A stretch of DNA of 64,000 bases from Eledone cirrhosa. Lineage: Eukaryota. The first letter of the stretch is position 1. Each line of letters opens with the position of its first letter. The stretch spans positions 930,001-994,000 of the forward strand of contig OZ024740.1 in the NCBI GenBank assembly GCA_964016885.1, given 5' to 3'. The position numbers and the translations under genes were made by a program. This document shows, piece after piece, positions 1 to 15,000 of this stretch. Under the pieces are notes generated by a model. That model did no database searches, had not been told where the DNA came from, and saw only the letters and a list, made by a program, of their open reading frames with translations.

Positions 1-3000
1 CAGGCTACCCCAGACACCATTAGGTTCTGTCATACGAGCCCACCCAAGACTACTTTATGTTCTATCATACCAGCCTACCCAAGACTACTTTATGTTCTAT
101 CATACCAGCCCACACAAGACTATTTATGTTCTAACATACCAGCCCATCCTAGACTACTTTAGGTTCTATACACCAGCCCACCCAAGACTACTTTATGTTC
201 TATCATACCAGCCCACCCAAGACACCATTAGGTTCTATCACACCAGCCAACCCAACACTACTATATGTTCTATCATACCAGCCCACCCTAGACTACTTTA
301 TGTTCTATCATGCCAGCCCACCCTAGACTACTTTATGTTCTATCATGCCAGCCCACCGGAGACACCATTAGGTTCTATCATACCAGCCCACCCACAACAC
401 CTTTAAGTTCTATCAGACCAGCCCACCCAAGACACCATTAGGTTCTATCATACCAGCCCACCCACATCAGCCTTATGTTCTATCACACTAGGCTACCCCA
501 GACACCATTAGGTTCTAGCATACCAGACAACCCAAGACACCATTATGTTCTATCATACCAGCCCACCTACAGCACCTTTATGTTCTATCACACCAGGCCA
601 CCCGAGACTACTTTATGTTCTATCACACCAGCCCAATCAAGACTACTTTATGTTCTATCACACCAGCCCACCCAAGACTACTTTATGTTCTATCACACCA
701 GCCCAATCAAGACTACTTTATGTTCTATCACACCAGCCCACCAAAGACTACTTTATGTTCTATCATACCAGCCCACCCAAGACTACTTTATGTTCTATCA
801 TACCAGCCCACCCAAGACTACTTTATGTTCTATCACACCAGCCCTATCAAGACTACTTTATGTTCTATCACACCAGGCTACCCAAGACACCATTTGGTTC
901 TATCATACAAGCTCACCCTAGATACCATTATGTTCTATCATACCAGCCCACCCACAACAACTTTATGTTCTATCACACCAGCCCACACAAGACACCATTA
1001 GGTTCTATCACACCAGCCCACACAAGACTACTTTATTTTCTATCACACCAGCCCACCCAAGACTACTTTATGTTCTATCATACCAGCCCACCCAAGACTA
1101 CTTTATGTTCTATCACACCAGCCCACCCAAGACTACTTTATGTTCTATCATACCAGCCCACCCAAGACTACTTTCTGTTCTATCATGGCAGCCCACCCAA
1201 GACACCATCAGCTTCTATCATACCAACCCACCCACATCACCCTTATGTTCTATCACACCAGGCTACCCCAGACACCATTAGGTTCTGTCATACGAGCCCA
1301 CCCAAGACTACTTTATGTTCTATCATACCAGCCTACCCAAGACTACTTTATGTTCTATCATACCAGCCCACACAAGACTATTTATGTTCTAACATACCAG
1401 CCCATCCTAGACTACTTTAGGTTCTATCACACCAGCCTACCCAAGACTACTTTATGTTCTATCATACCAGCCCACACAAGACTATTTATGTTCTATCATA
1501 CCAGCCCATCCAAGACACCATTAGGTTCTATCACACCAGCCCACCCAAGACTACTTTATGTTCTATCATACCAGCCCACCCAAGACACCATTAGCTTCTA
1601 TCATACCAACCCACCCACATGTTCTATCACACCAGGCTACCCCAGACACCATTAGGTTCTGTCATACGAGCCCACCCAAGACTACTTTATGTTCTATCAT
1701 ACCAGCCCACCCAAGACTACTTTATGTTCTATCATACCAGCCCACACAAGACTATTTATGTTCTATCATACCAGTCCACCCAAGACTACTTTATGTTCTA
1801 TCATACCAGCCCACCCACAACAGCTTTATGTTCTATCACACCAGGCCACCCGAGACACCATTATGTTCTATCATACAAGACCACCCAAGTCACCATTATG
1901 TTCTATCATACCAGCCCATCAAAGACTACTTTATGTTCTATCACACCAGCCCACCCAAGACTACTTTATGTTCTATCATACCAGCCCACCCAAGACTACT
2001 TTATGTTCTATCATGGCAGCCCACCCAAGACACGATTAGGTTCTATCATACCACCCAACCAACCCAAGACTACTTTATGTTCTATCATACGAGCCCACCA
2101 AAGACTACTTTATGTTCTATCACACCATCCCACCCAAGACTACTTTATGTTCTATCATACCAGCCCACCCAAGACTACTTTATGTTCTATCATACCAGCC
2201 CACCCAAGACTACTTTATGTTCTATCATACCAGCCCACCCAAGACTACTTTATGTTCTATCATACCAGCCCACCCAAGACTACTTTATGTTCTATCATAC
2301 CAGCCCACCCAAGACTACTTTATGTTCTATCATACCAGCCCACCCAAGACTACTTTATGTTCTATCATACCAGCCCACCCAAGACTACTTTATGTTCTAT
2401 CATACCAGCCCACCCACAACACCCTTATGTTCTATCACACCAGGCTACCCAAGACACCATTAGGTTCTATCATACCAGCTCACCCTAGATACCATTATGT
2501 TCTATCATACCAGCCCACCCACAACACCTTTATGTTCTATCACATCAGCCCACACAAGACACCATTAGGTTCTATCATACCAGACCACCCAAGACACCAT
2601 TATGTTCTATCATACCAGCCCATCCACAACACCTTTATGTTCTATCACACCAGCCCACCCGAGACACCATTATGTTCTATCATAGCAGCCCATCCAAGCC
2701 ACCATTATGTTCTATCACACCAGCCCACCCAAGACTACTTTATGTTCTATCATACCAGCCCACCCAAGACTACTTTATGTTCTATCATACCAGCCCACCC
2801 AAAACTACTTTATTTTCTATTACACCAGCCCACACAAGACTACTTTATGTTCTATCACACCAGCCCAACCAAGACTACTTTATGTTCTATCATACCAGTC
2901 CACCCAAGACTACTTTATGTTCTATCATACCAGCCCACCCAAAACTACTTTATTTTCTATTACACCACCCCACACAAGACTACTTTATGTTCTATCACAC

Positions 3001-6000
3001 CAGCCCAACCAAGACTACTTTATATTCTATCATACCAGTCCACCCAAGACTACTTTATGTTCTATCATACCAGCCCACCCAACACTACTTTATTTTCTAT
3101 CACACCAGCCCACCCAAGACTACTTTATGTTCTATCATACCAGTCCACCCAAGACTACTTTATGTTCTATCATACCATCCCAACCAAAACTACTTTATTT
3201 TCTATTACACCAGCCCACCCAAGACTACTTTATGTTCTACCATACCAGCCCACCCAACACTACTTTATTTTCTATCACACCAGCCCACCCAAGACTACTT
3301 TATGTTCTATCATACCAGCCCACCAAAGACTACTTTATGTTCTATCATACCAGCCCAGTCAAGACTACTTTAAGTTCTATCATACCAGCGCACCCAAGAC
3401 TACTTTATGTTCTATCATACCAGCCCACCCAAGAATACTTTATGCTCTATCTTACCAGCCCACCCCAGACGACTTTCTGTTCTATCATACCAGCCCACCC
3501 AAGAATACTTTATGTTCTATCACACCAGCCCAACCAAGACTACTGTATGTTCTATCATACCAGCCAACCCAAGACTACTTTATGTTCTATCATACCAGCC
3601 CACCCAAGACTACTTTATTTTCTATCACACCAGCCCACCCAAGACTACTTTATGTTCTAATATACCAGCCCACCAAAGACTACTTTATGTTCTATCATAC
3701 CAGCGCACCCAAGAATACTTTATGTTCTATCATACCAGCCCACCCCAGACGACTTTCTGTTCTATCATACCAGACCACCCAAGAATACTTTATGTTCTAT
3801 CACACCAGCCCAACCAAGACTACTGTATGTTCTATCATACCAGCCAACCCAAGACTACTTTATGTTCTATCATACCAGCCCACCCAAGACTACTTTATGT
3901 TCTATCATACCAGCCCACCCAAGACTACTTTATGTTCCATCATACCAGCCCACCCAAGACTACTTTATGTTCTATCATACCAGCCCACCCACAACACCCT
4001 TATGTTCTATCACACCAGGCTACCCAAAACACCATTAGGTTCTATCATACCAGCTGACCCTAGATACCATTATGTTCTATCATACCAGCCCACCCACAAC
4101 ACCTTTATGTTCTATCACATCAGCCCACACAAGACACTATTAGGTTCTATCATACCAGACCACCCAAGACACCATTATGTTCTATCATACCAGCCCACCC
4201 ACAACACCTTTATGTTCTATCACACCAGCCCACCCGAGACACTATTATGTTCTATCATAGCAGCCCATCCAAGCCACCATTATGTTCTATCACACCAGCC
4301 CACCCAAGACTACTTTATGTTCTATCATACCAGCCCACCCAAGACTACTTTATGTTCTATCATACCAGCCCACCCAAAACTACTTTATTTTCTATTACAC
4401 CAGCCCACACAAGACTACTTTATGTTCTATCACACCAGCCCAACCAAGACTACTTTATGTTCTATCATACCAGTCCACCCAAGACTACTTTATGTTCTAT
4501 CATACCAGCCCACCCAACACTACTTTATTTTCTATCACACCAGCCCACCCAAGACTACTTTATGTTCTATCATACCAGTCCACCCAAGACTACTTTATGT
4601 TCTATCATACCATCCCACCCAAAACTACTTTATTTTCTATTACACCAGCCCACCCAAGACTACTTTATGTTCTACCCTACCAGCCCACCCAACACTACTT
4701 TATTTTCTATCACACCAGCCCACCCAAGACTACTTTATGTTCTATCATACCAGCCCACCAAAGACTACTTTATGTTCTATCATACCAGCCCAGTCAAGAC
4801 TACTTTAAGTTCTATCATACCAGCGCACCCAAGACTACTTTATGTTCTATCATACCAGCCCACCCAAGAATACTTTATGCTCTATCTTACCAGCCCACCC
4901 AACACTACTTTATTTTCTATCACACCAGCCCACCCAAGACTACTTTATGTTCTATCATACCAGTCCACCCAAGACTACTTTATGTTCTATCATACCATCC
5001 CACCCAAAACTACTTTACTTTCTATTACACCAGCCCACCCAAGACTACTTTATGTTCTACCATACCAGCCCACCCAACACTACTTTATTTTCTATCACAC
5101 CAGCCCACCCAAGACTACTTTATGTTCTATCATACCAGCCCACCAAAGACTACTTTATGTTCTATCATACCAGCCCAGTCAAGACTACTTTAAGTTCTAT
5201 CATACCAGCGCACCCAAGACTACTTTATGTTCTATCATACCAGCCCACCCAAGAATACTTTATGCTCTATCTTACCAGCCCACCCCAGACGACTTTCTGT
5301 TCTATCATACCAGCCCACCCAAGAATACTTTATGTTCTATCACACCAGCCCAACCAAGACTACTGTATGTTCTATCATACCAGCCAACCCAAGACTACTT
5401 TATGTTCTATCATACCAGCCCACCCAAGACTACTTTATTTTCTATCACACCAGCACACCCAAGACTACTTTATGTTCTAACATACCAGCCCACCAAAGAC
5501 TACTTTATGTTCTATCATACCAGCGCACCCAAGAATACTTTATGTTCTATCATACCAGCCCACCCCAGACGACTTTCTGTTCTATCATACCAGACCACCC
5601 AAGAATACTTTATGTTCTATCACACCAGCCCAACCAAGACTACTGTATGTTCTATCATACCAGCCAACCCAAGACTACTTTATGTTCTATCATACCAGCC
5701 CACCCAAGACTACTTTATTTTCTATCACACCAGCCCACCCAAGACTACTTTATGTTCTAACATACCAGCCCACCCAAGACTACTTTATGTTCTATCACAC
5801 CAGCCCACCCAAGACACCATTATGTTCTATCACACCAGCCCACCCAAGACACCATTAGGTTCTATCATACCAGCCCACCCAAGGCTACTTTAGGTTCTAT
5901 CATACCAGCCCACCCAAGACACCATTATGTTCTATCACACCAGCCCACCCAAGACACCATTAGGTTCTATCATACCAGCCCACCCAAGACTACTTTAGGT

Positions 6001-9000
6001 TCTATTATACCAGCCCACCCAAGATACCATTAGGTTCTATAATACCAGCCCCCCCCCCTCGCCCAAGAGACCATTAGGTTCTATCATACCAGCACACCCG
6101 AGACACCATTATGTTCTATCACACCAGCCCACCCAAGACTACTTAATATTCTATCATACCAGCCCACCCAAGACACCATTAGGTTCTATCACACCAGCCC
6201 ACCCAAGACAAAATTATGTTCTATCACACCAGCCCACCCAAGACTACTTAATATTCTATCATACCAGCCCACCCAAGACACCATTAGGTTCTATCACACC
6301 AGCCCACCCAAGACAACATTATGTTCTATCACACCAGCCCACCCAAGACTACTTAATATTCTATCATACCAGCCCACCCAAGACACCATTAGGTTCTATC
6401 ACACCAGCCCACCCAAGACACCATTATGTTCTATCACACCAGCCCACCCAAGACTACTTAATATTCTATCATACCAGCCCACCCAAGACACCATTAGGTT
6501 CTATCACACCAGCCCACCCAAGACTACTTTATGTTCTATCACACCAGCCCACCCAAGACTACTTTATGTTCTATCATACCAGCCCACCCAAGACTACTTT
6601 ATGTTCTATCATACCAGCCCACCCAAGACACCATTAGGTTCTATCATACCAGCCCACCCAAGACACCATTAGGTTCTATCATACCAGCACACCCAAGACT
6701 ACTTTATGTTCTATCATACCAGCAAATCCAAGACTACTTTATCTTCTATCATACCAGCCCACCCAAGACTACTTTATGTTCTATCATACCAGCCCACCCA
6801 AGACACCATTAGGTTCTATCACACCAGCCAACCCAACACTACTATATGTTCTATCATACCAGCCCACCCTAGACTACTTTATGTTCTATCATGCCAGCCC
6901 ACCCTAGACTACTTTATGTTCTATCATGCCAGCCCACCGGAGACACCATTAGGTTCTATCATACCAGCCCACCCACAACACCTTTAAGTTCTATCAGACC
7001 AGCCCACCCAAGACACCATTAGGTTCTATCATACCAGCCCACCCACATCAGCCTTATGTTCTATCACACTAGGCTACCCCAGACACCATTAGGTTCTAGC
7101 ATACCAGACAACCCAAGACACCATTATGTTCTATCATACCAGCCCACCTACAGCACCTTTATGTTCTATCACACCAGGCCACCCGAGACTACTTTATGTT
7201 CTATCACACCAGCCCAATCAAGACTACTTTATGTTCTATCACACCAGCCCACCCAAGACTACTTTATGTTCTATCACACCAGCCCAATCAAGACTACTTT
7301 ATGTTCTATCACACCAGCCCACCAAAGACTACTTTATGTTCTATCATACCAGCCCACCCAAGACTACTTTATGTTCTATCATACCAGCCCACCCAAGACT
7401 ACTTTATGTTCTATCACACCAGCCCTATCAAGACTACTTTATGTTCTATCACACCAGGCTACCCAAGACACCATTTGGTTCTATCATACAAGCTCACCCT
7501 AGATACCATTATGTTCTATCATACCAGCCCACCCACAACAACTTTATGTTCTATCACACCAGCCCACACAAGACACCATTAGGTTCTATCACACCAGCCC
7601 ACACAAGACTACTTTATTTTCTATCACACCAGCCCACCCAAGACTACTTTATGTTCTATCATACCAGCCCACCCAAGACTACTTTATGTTCTATCACACC
7701 AGCCCACCCAAGACTACTTTATGTTCTATCATACCAGCCCACCCAAGACTACTTTCTGTTCTATCATGGCAGCCCACCCAAGACACCATCAGCTTCTATC
7801 ATACCAACCCACCCACATCACCCTTATGTTCTATCACACCAGGCTACCCCAGACACCATTAGGTTCTGTCATACGAGCCCACCCAAGACTACTTTATGTT
7901 CTATCATACCAGCCTACCCAAGACTACTTTATGTTCTATCATACCAGCCCACACAAGACTATTTATGTTCTAACATACCAGCCCATCCTAGACTACTTTA
8001 GGTTCTATCACACCAGCCTACCCAAGACTACTTTATGTTCTATCATACCAGCCCACACAAGACTATTTATGTTCTATCATACCAGCCCATCCAAGACACC
8101 ATTAGGTTCTATCACACCAGCCCACCCAAGACTACTTTATGTTCTATCATACCAGCCCACCCAAGACACCATTAGCTTCTATCATACCAACCCACCCACA
8201 TGTTCTATCACACCAGGCTACCCCAGACACCATTAGGTTCTGTCATACGAGCCCACCCAAGACTACTTTATGTTCTATCATACCAGCCCACCCAAGACTA
8301 CTTTATGTTCTATCATACCAGCCCACACAAGACTATTTATGTTCTATCATACCAGTCCACCCAAGACTACTTTATGTTCTATCATACCAGCCCACCCACA
8401 ACAGCTTTATGTTCTATCACACCAGGCCACCCGAGACACCATTATGTTCTATCATACAAGACCACCCAAGTCACCATTATGTTCTATCATACCAGCCCAT
8501 CAAAGACTACTTTATGTTCTATCACACCAGCCCACCCAAGACTACTTTATGTTCTATCATACCAGCCCACCCAAGACTACTTTATGTTCTATCATGGCAG
8601 CCCACCCAAGACACGATTAGGTTCTATCATACCACCCAACCAACCCAAGACTACTTTATGTTCTATCATACGAGCCCACCAAAGACTACTTTATGTTCTA
8701 TCACACCATCCCACCCAAGACTACTTTATGTTCTATCATACCAGCCCACCCAAGACTACTTTATGTTCTATCATACCAGCCCACCCAAGACTACTTTATG
8801 TTCTATCATACCAGCCCACCCAAGACTACTTTATGTTCTATCATACCAGCCCACCCAAGACTACTTTATGTTCTATCATACCAGCCCACCCAAGACTACT
8901 TTATGTTCTATCATACCAGCCCACCCAAGACTACTTTATGTTCTATCATACCAGCCCACCCACAACACCCTTATGTTCTATCACACCAGGCTACCCAAGA

Positions 9001-12000
9001 CACCATTAGGTTCTATCATACCAGCTCACCCTAGATACCATTATGTTCTATCATACCAGCCCACCCACAACACCTTTATGTTCTATCACATCAGCCCACA
9101 CAAGACACCATTAGGTTCTATCATACCAGACCACCCAAGACACCATTATGTTCTATCATACCAGCCCATCCACAACACCTTTATGTTCTATCACACCAGC
9201 CCACCCGAGACACCATTATGTTCTATCATAGCAGCCCATCCAAGCCACCATTATGTTCTATCACACCAGCCCACCCAAGACTACTTTATGTTCTATCATA
9301 CCAGCCCACCCAAGACTACTTTATGTTCTATCATACCAGCCCACCCAAAACTACTTTATTTTCTATTACACCAGCCCACACAAGACTACTTTATGTTCTA
9401 TCACACCAGCCCAACCAAGACTACTTTATGTTCTATCATACCAGTCCACCCAAGACTACTTTATGTTCTATCATACCAGCCCACCCAAAACTACTTTATT
9501 TTCTATTACACCACCCCACACAAGACTACTTTATGTTCTATCACACCAGCCCAACCAAGACTACTTTATATTCTATCATACCAGTCCACCCAAGACTACT
9601 TTATGTTCTATCATACCAGCCCACCCAACACTACTTTATTTTCTATCACACCAGCCCACCCAAGACTACTTTATGTTCTATCATACCAGTCCACCCAAGA
9701 CTACTTTATGTTCTATCATACCATCCCAACCAAAACTACTTTATTTTCTATTACACCAGCCCACCCAAGACTACTTTATGTTCTACCATACCAGCCCACC
9801 CAACACTACTTTATTTTCTATCACACCAGCCCACCCAAGACTACTTTATGTTCTATCATACCAGCCCACCAAAGACTACTTTATGTTCTATCATACCAGC
9901 CCAGTCAAGACTACTTTAAGTTCTATCATACCAGCGCACCCAAGACTACTTTATGTTCTATCATACCAGCCCACCCAAGAATACTTTATGCTCTATCTTA
10001 CCAGCCCACCCCAGACGACTTTCTGTTCTATCATACCAGCCCACCCAAGAATACTTTATGTTCTATCACACCAGCCCAACCAAGACTACTGTATGTTCTA
10101 TCATACCAGCCAACCCAAGACTACTTTATGTTCTATCATACCAGCCCACCCAAGACTACTTTATTTTCTATCACACCAGCCCACCCAAGACTACTTTATG
10201 TTCTAATATACCAGCCCACCAAAGACTACTTTATGTTCTATCATACCAGCGCACCCAAGAATACTTTATGTTCTATCATACCAGCCCACCCCAGACGACT
10301 TTCTGTTCTATCATACCAGACCACCCAAGAATACTTTATGTTCTATCACACCAGCCCAACCAAGACTACTGTATGTTCTATCATACCAGCCAACCCAAGA
10401 CTACTTTATGTTCTATCATACCAGCCCACCCAAGACTACTTTATGTTCTATCATACCAGCCCACCCAAGACTACTTTATGTTCCATCATACCAGCCCACC
10501 CAAGACTACTTTATGTTCTATCATACCAGCCCACCCACAACACCCTTATGTTCTATCACACCAGGCTACCCAAAACACCATTAGGTTCTATCATACCAGC
10601 TGACCCTAGATACCATTATGTTCTATCATACCAGCCCACCCACAACACCTTTATGTTCTATCACATCAGCCCACACAAGACACTATTAGGTTCTATCATA
10701 CCAGACCACCCAAGACACCATTATGTTCTATCATACCAGCCCACCCACAACACCTTTATGTTCTATCACACCAGCCCACCCGAGACACTATTATGTTCTA
10801 TCATAGCAGCCCATCCAAGCCACCATTATGTTCTATCACACCAGCCCACCCAAGACTACTTTATGTTCTATCATACCAGCCCACCCAAGACTACTTTATG
10901 TTCTATCATACCAGCCCACCCAAAACTACTTTATTTTCTATTACACCAGCCCACACAAGACTACTTTATGTTCTATCACACCAGCCCAACCAAGACTACT
11001 TTATGTTCTATCATACCAGTCCACCCAAGACTACTTTATGTTCTATCATACCAGCCCACCCAACACTACTTTATTTTCTATCACACCAGCCCACCCAAGA
11101 CTACTTTATGTTCTATCATACCAGTCCACCCAAGACTACTTTATGTTCTATCATACCATCCCACCCAAAACTACTTTATTTTCTATTACACCAGCCCACC
11201 CAAGACTACTTTATGTTCTACCCTACCAGCCCACCCAACACTACTTTATTTTCTATCACACCAGCCCACCCAAGACTACTTTATGTTCTATCATACCAGC
11301 CCACCAAAGACTACTTTATGTTCTATCATACCAGCCCAGTCAAGACTACTTTAAGTTCTATCATACCAGCGCACCCAAGACTACTTTATGTTCTATCATA
11401 CCAGCCCACCCAAGAATACTTTATGCTCTATCTTACCAGCCCACCCCAGACGACTTTCTGTTCTATCATACCAGCCCACCCAAGAATACTTTATGTTCTA
11501 TCACACCAGCCCAACCAAGACTACTGTATGTTCTATCATACCAGCCAACCCAAGACTACTTTATGTTCTATCATACCAGCCCACCCAAGACTACTTTATT
11601 TTCTATCACACCAGCCCACCCAAGACTACTTTATGTTCTAACATACCAGCCCACCAAAGACTACTTTATGTTCTATCATACCAGCGCACCCAAGAATACT
11701 TTATGTTCTATCATACCAGCCCACCCCAGACGACTTTCTGTTCTATCATACCAGACCACCCAAGAATACTTTATGTTCTATCACACCAGCCCAACCAAGA
11801 CTACTGTATGTTCTATCATACCAGCCAACCCAAGACTACTTTATGTTCTATCATACCAGCCCACCCAAGACTACTTTATTTTCTATCACACCAGCCCACC
11901 CAAGACTACTTTATGTTCTAACATACCAGCCCACCCAAGACTACTTTATGTTCTATCACACCAGCCCACCCAAGACTACTTTATGTTCTTTCATCACAGC

Positions 12001-15000
12001 CCACCCAAGACTACTTTATGTTCTATCATACCAGCCCACCCACAACACCCTTATGTTCTATCACACCAGGCTACCCAAGACACCATTAGGTTCTATCATA
12101 CCAGCTCACCCTAGATACCATTATGTTCTATCATACCAGCCTACCCACAACACCTTTATGTTCTATCACATCAGCCCACACAAGACACCATTAGGTTCTA
12201 TCATACCAGCCCACCCAAGACTACTTTATGTTCTATCATACCAGCCCACCCAAGACTACTTTGTTCTATCATACCAGCCCACACAAGACACCATTAGGTT
12301 CTATCACACCAGCCCATACAAGACACCATTAGGTTCTATCACACCAGCCCACCCAAGACTACTTTATGTTCTATCATACCAGTCCACCCAAGACTACTTT
12401 ATGTTCTATCATACCAGCCCACCCAAGACTACTTTATGTTCTATCATACCAGCCCACACAAGACTATTTATGTTCTATCATACCAGTCCACCCAAGACTA
12501 CTTTATGTTCTATCATACCAGCCCACCCACAACAGCTTTATGTTCTATCACACCAGGCCACCCGAGACACCATTATGTTCTATCATACAAGACCACCCAA
12601 GTCACCATTATGTTCTATCATACCAGCCCATCAAAGACTACTTTATGTTCTATCACACCAGCCCACCCAAGACTACTTTATGTTCTATCATACCAGCCCA
12701 CCCAAGACTACTTTATGTTCTATCATACCAGCCCACCCAAGACTACTTTATGTTCTATCATACCAGTCCACCCAAGACTACTTTATGTTCTATCATACCA
12801 GTCCACCCAAGACTACTTTATGTTCTATCATACCAGTCCACCCTAGACTACTTTATGTTCTATCATACCAGCCAACCAACACTACTTTATTTTCTATCAC
12901 ACCAGCCCACCCAAGACTACTTTATGTTCTATCATACCAGTCCACCCAAGACTACTTTATGTTCTATCATACCAGTCCACCCAACACTACTTTTATGTTC
13001 TATCATACCAGCCCACCCAACACTACTTTATTTTGTATCACACCAGCCCACCCAAGACTACTTTATGTTCTATCATACCAGTCCACCCAAGACTACTTTA
13101 TGTTCTATCATACCAGTCCACCCAAGACTACTTTATGTTCTATCATACCAGCCCACCCAACACTACTTTATTTTCTATCACACCAGCCCACCCAAGACTA
13201 CTTTATGTTCTATCATACCAGTCCACCCAAGACTACTTTATGTTCTATCATACTAGTCCACCCAAGACTACTTTATGTTCTATCATACCATCCCACCCAA
13301 AACTACTTTATTTTCTATTACACCAGCCCACACAAGACTACTTTATGTTCTATCATACCAGCCCACCCAAGACTACTTTATGTTCTATCATACCAGCCCA
13401 CCCAACACTACTTTATTTTCTATCACACCAGCCAACCCAAGACTACTTTATGTTCTATCATACCAGTCCACCCAAGACTACTTTATGTTCTATCATACCA
13501 GTCCACCCAAGACTACTTTATGTTCTATCATACCAGCCCACCCAACACTACTTTATTTTCTATCACACCAGCCCACCCAAGACTACTTTATGTTCTATCA
13601 TACCAGTCCACCCAAGACTACTTTATGTTCTATCATACCAGCCCACCCAACACTACTTTATTTTCTATCACACCAGCCCACCCAAGACTACTTTATGTTC
13701 TATCATACCAGCCCACCCAAGACGACTTTATGTTCTATCATACCAGTCCACCCAACACTACTTTATGTTCTATCATACCAGCCCACCCAAGACTACTTTA
13801 TGTTCTATCATACAAGCCCACCCAAGACTACTTTATTTTCTACCACACCAGCCCACCCAAGACTACTTTATGTTCTATCATGGCTGCCCACCCAAGACAC
13901 CATTAGCTTCTATCATACCAACCCACCACATCACCTTTATGTTCTATCACACCAGGCTACCCAAGATACCATTAGGTTCTATCATACCAGCCCACCCAAG
14001 ATACCATGATGTTCTATCATACCACCCCACCCACAAGACCTTTAGGTTGTATCACACCATCCCACCCAAGACACCATTAGGTTCTATCATACCAACCAAC
14101 CAACCCAAGACTACTTTAGGTTCTATCATACCAGCTCATCCAAGACACCATTAAGTTCTATCATACGAGCCCACCCAAGAATACTTTATGTTCTATCATA
14201 CCAGCCCACCCAAGACTACTTTATGTTCTATCATACCAGCCCACCAAAGACTACTTTATGTTCTATCATACCAGCCCACCAAAAACTACTTTATTTTCTA
14301 TCACACCAGCCCACCCAAGACTACTTTATCTTCTATCATACCAGCCCACCCCAGATGACTTTCTGTTCTATCATACCAGCCCACCTCAACACCTTTATGT
14401 TCTTTCACACCAGCCCACCCAAGACACCATTAGGTTCTATCATACCAGACCACCCAAGACACCATTATGTTCTATCACACCAGCCCACCCAAGACTACTT
14501 TATGTTCTATCATAGCAGCCCATCCAAGCCACCATTATGTTCTATCACACCAGCCTACCCAAGACTACTTTATGTTCTATCATACCAGCCCACCCAAGAC
14601 TACTTTATGTTCTATCACACCAGCCCACCCAAGACTACTTTATGTTCTATCATACCAGCCCTCCCACAACACCTTTATGTTCTATCACACCAGCCCATCC
14701 GAGACACCATTATGTTCTATCACACCAGCCCACTCAAGACTACTTTATGTTCTATCATAGCAGCCCACCCAAGACACCATTAGCTTCTATCATACCAACC
14801 CACCCACATCACCCTTATGTTCTATCACACCAGGCTACCCCAGAAAACATTAGGTTCTATAATTCCAGCCCACCCAAGACACGATTAGGTTCTATCATAC
14901 CACCCAACCAACCCAAGACTACTTTATGTTCTATCATACCAGCTCATCCAAGACACCATTATGTTCTATCATATGAGCCCACCAAAGACTACTTTATGTT

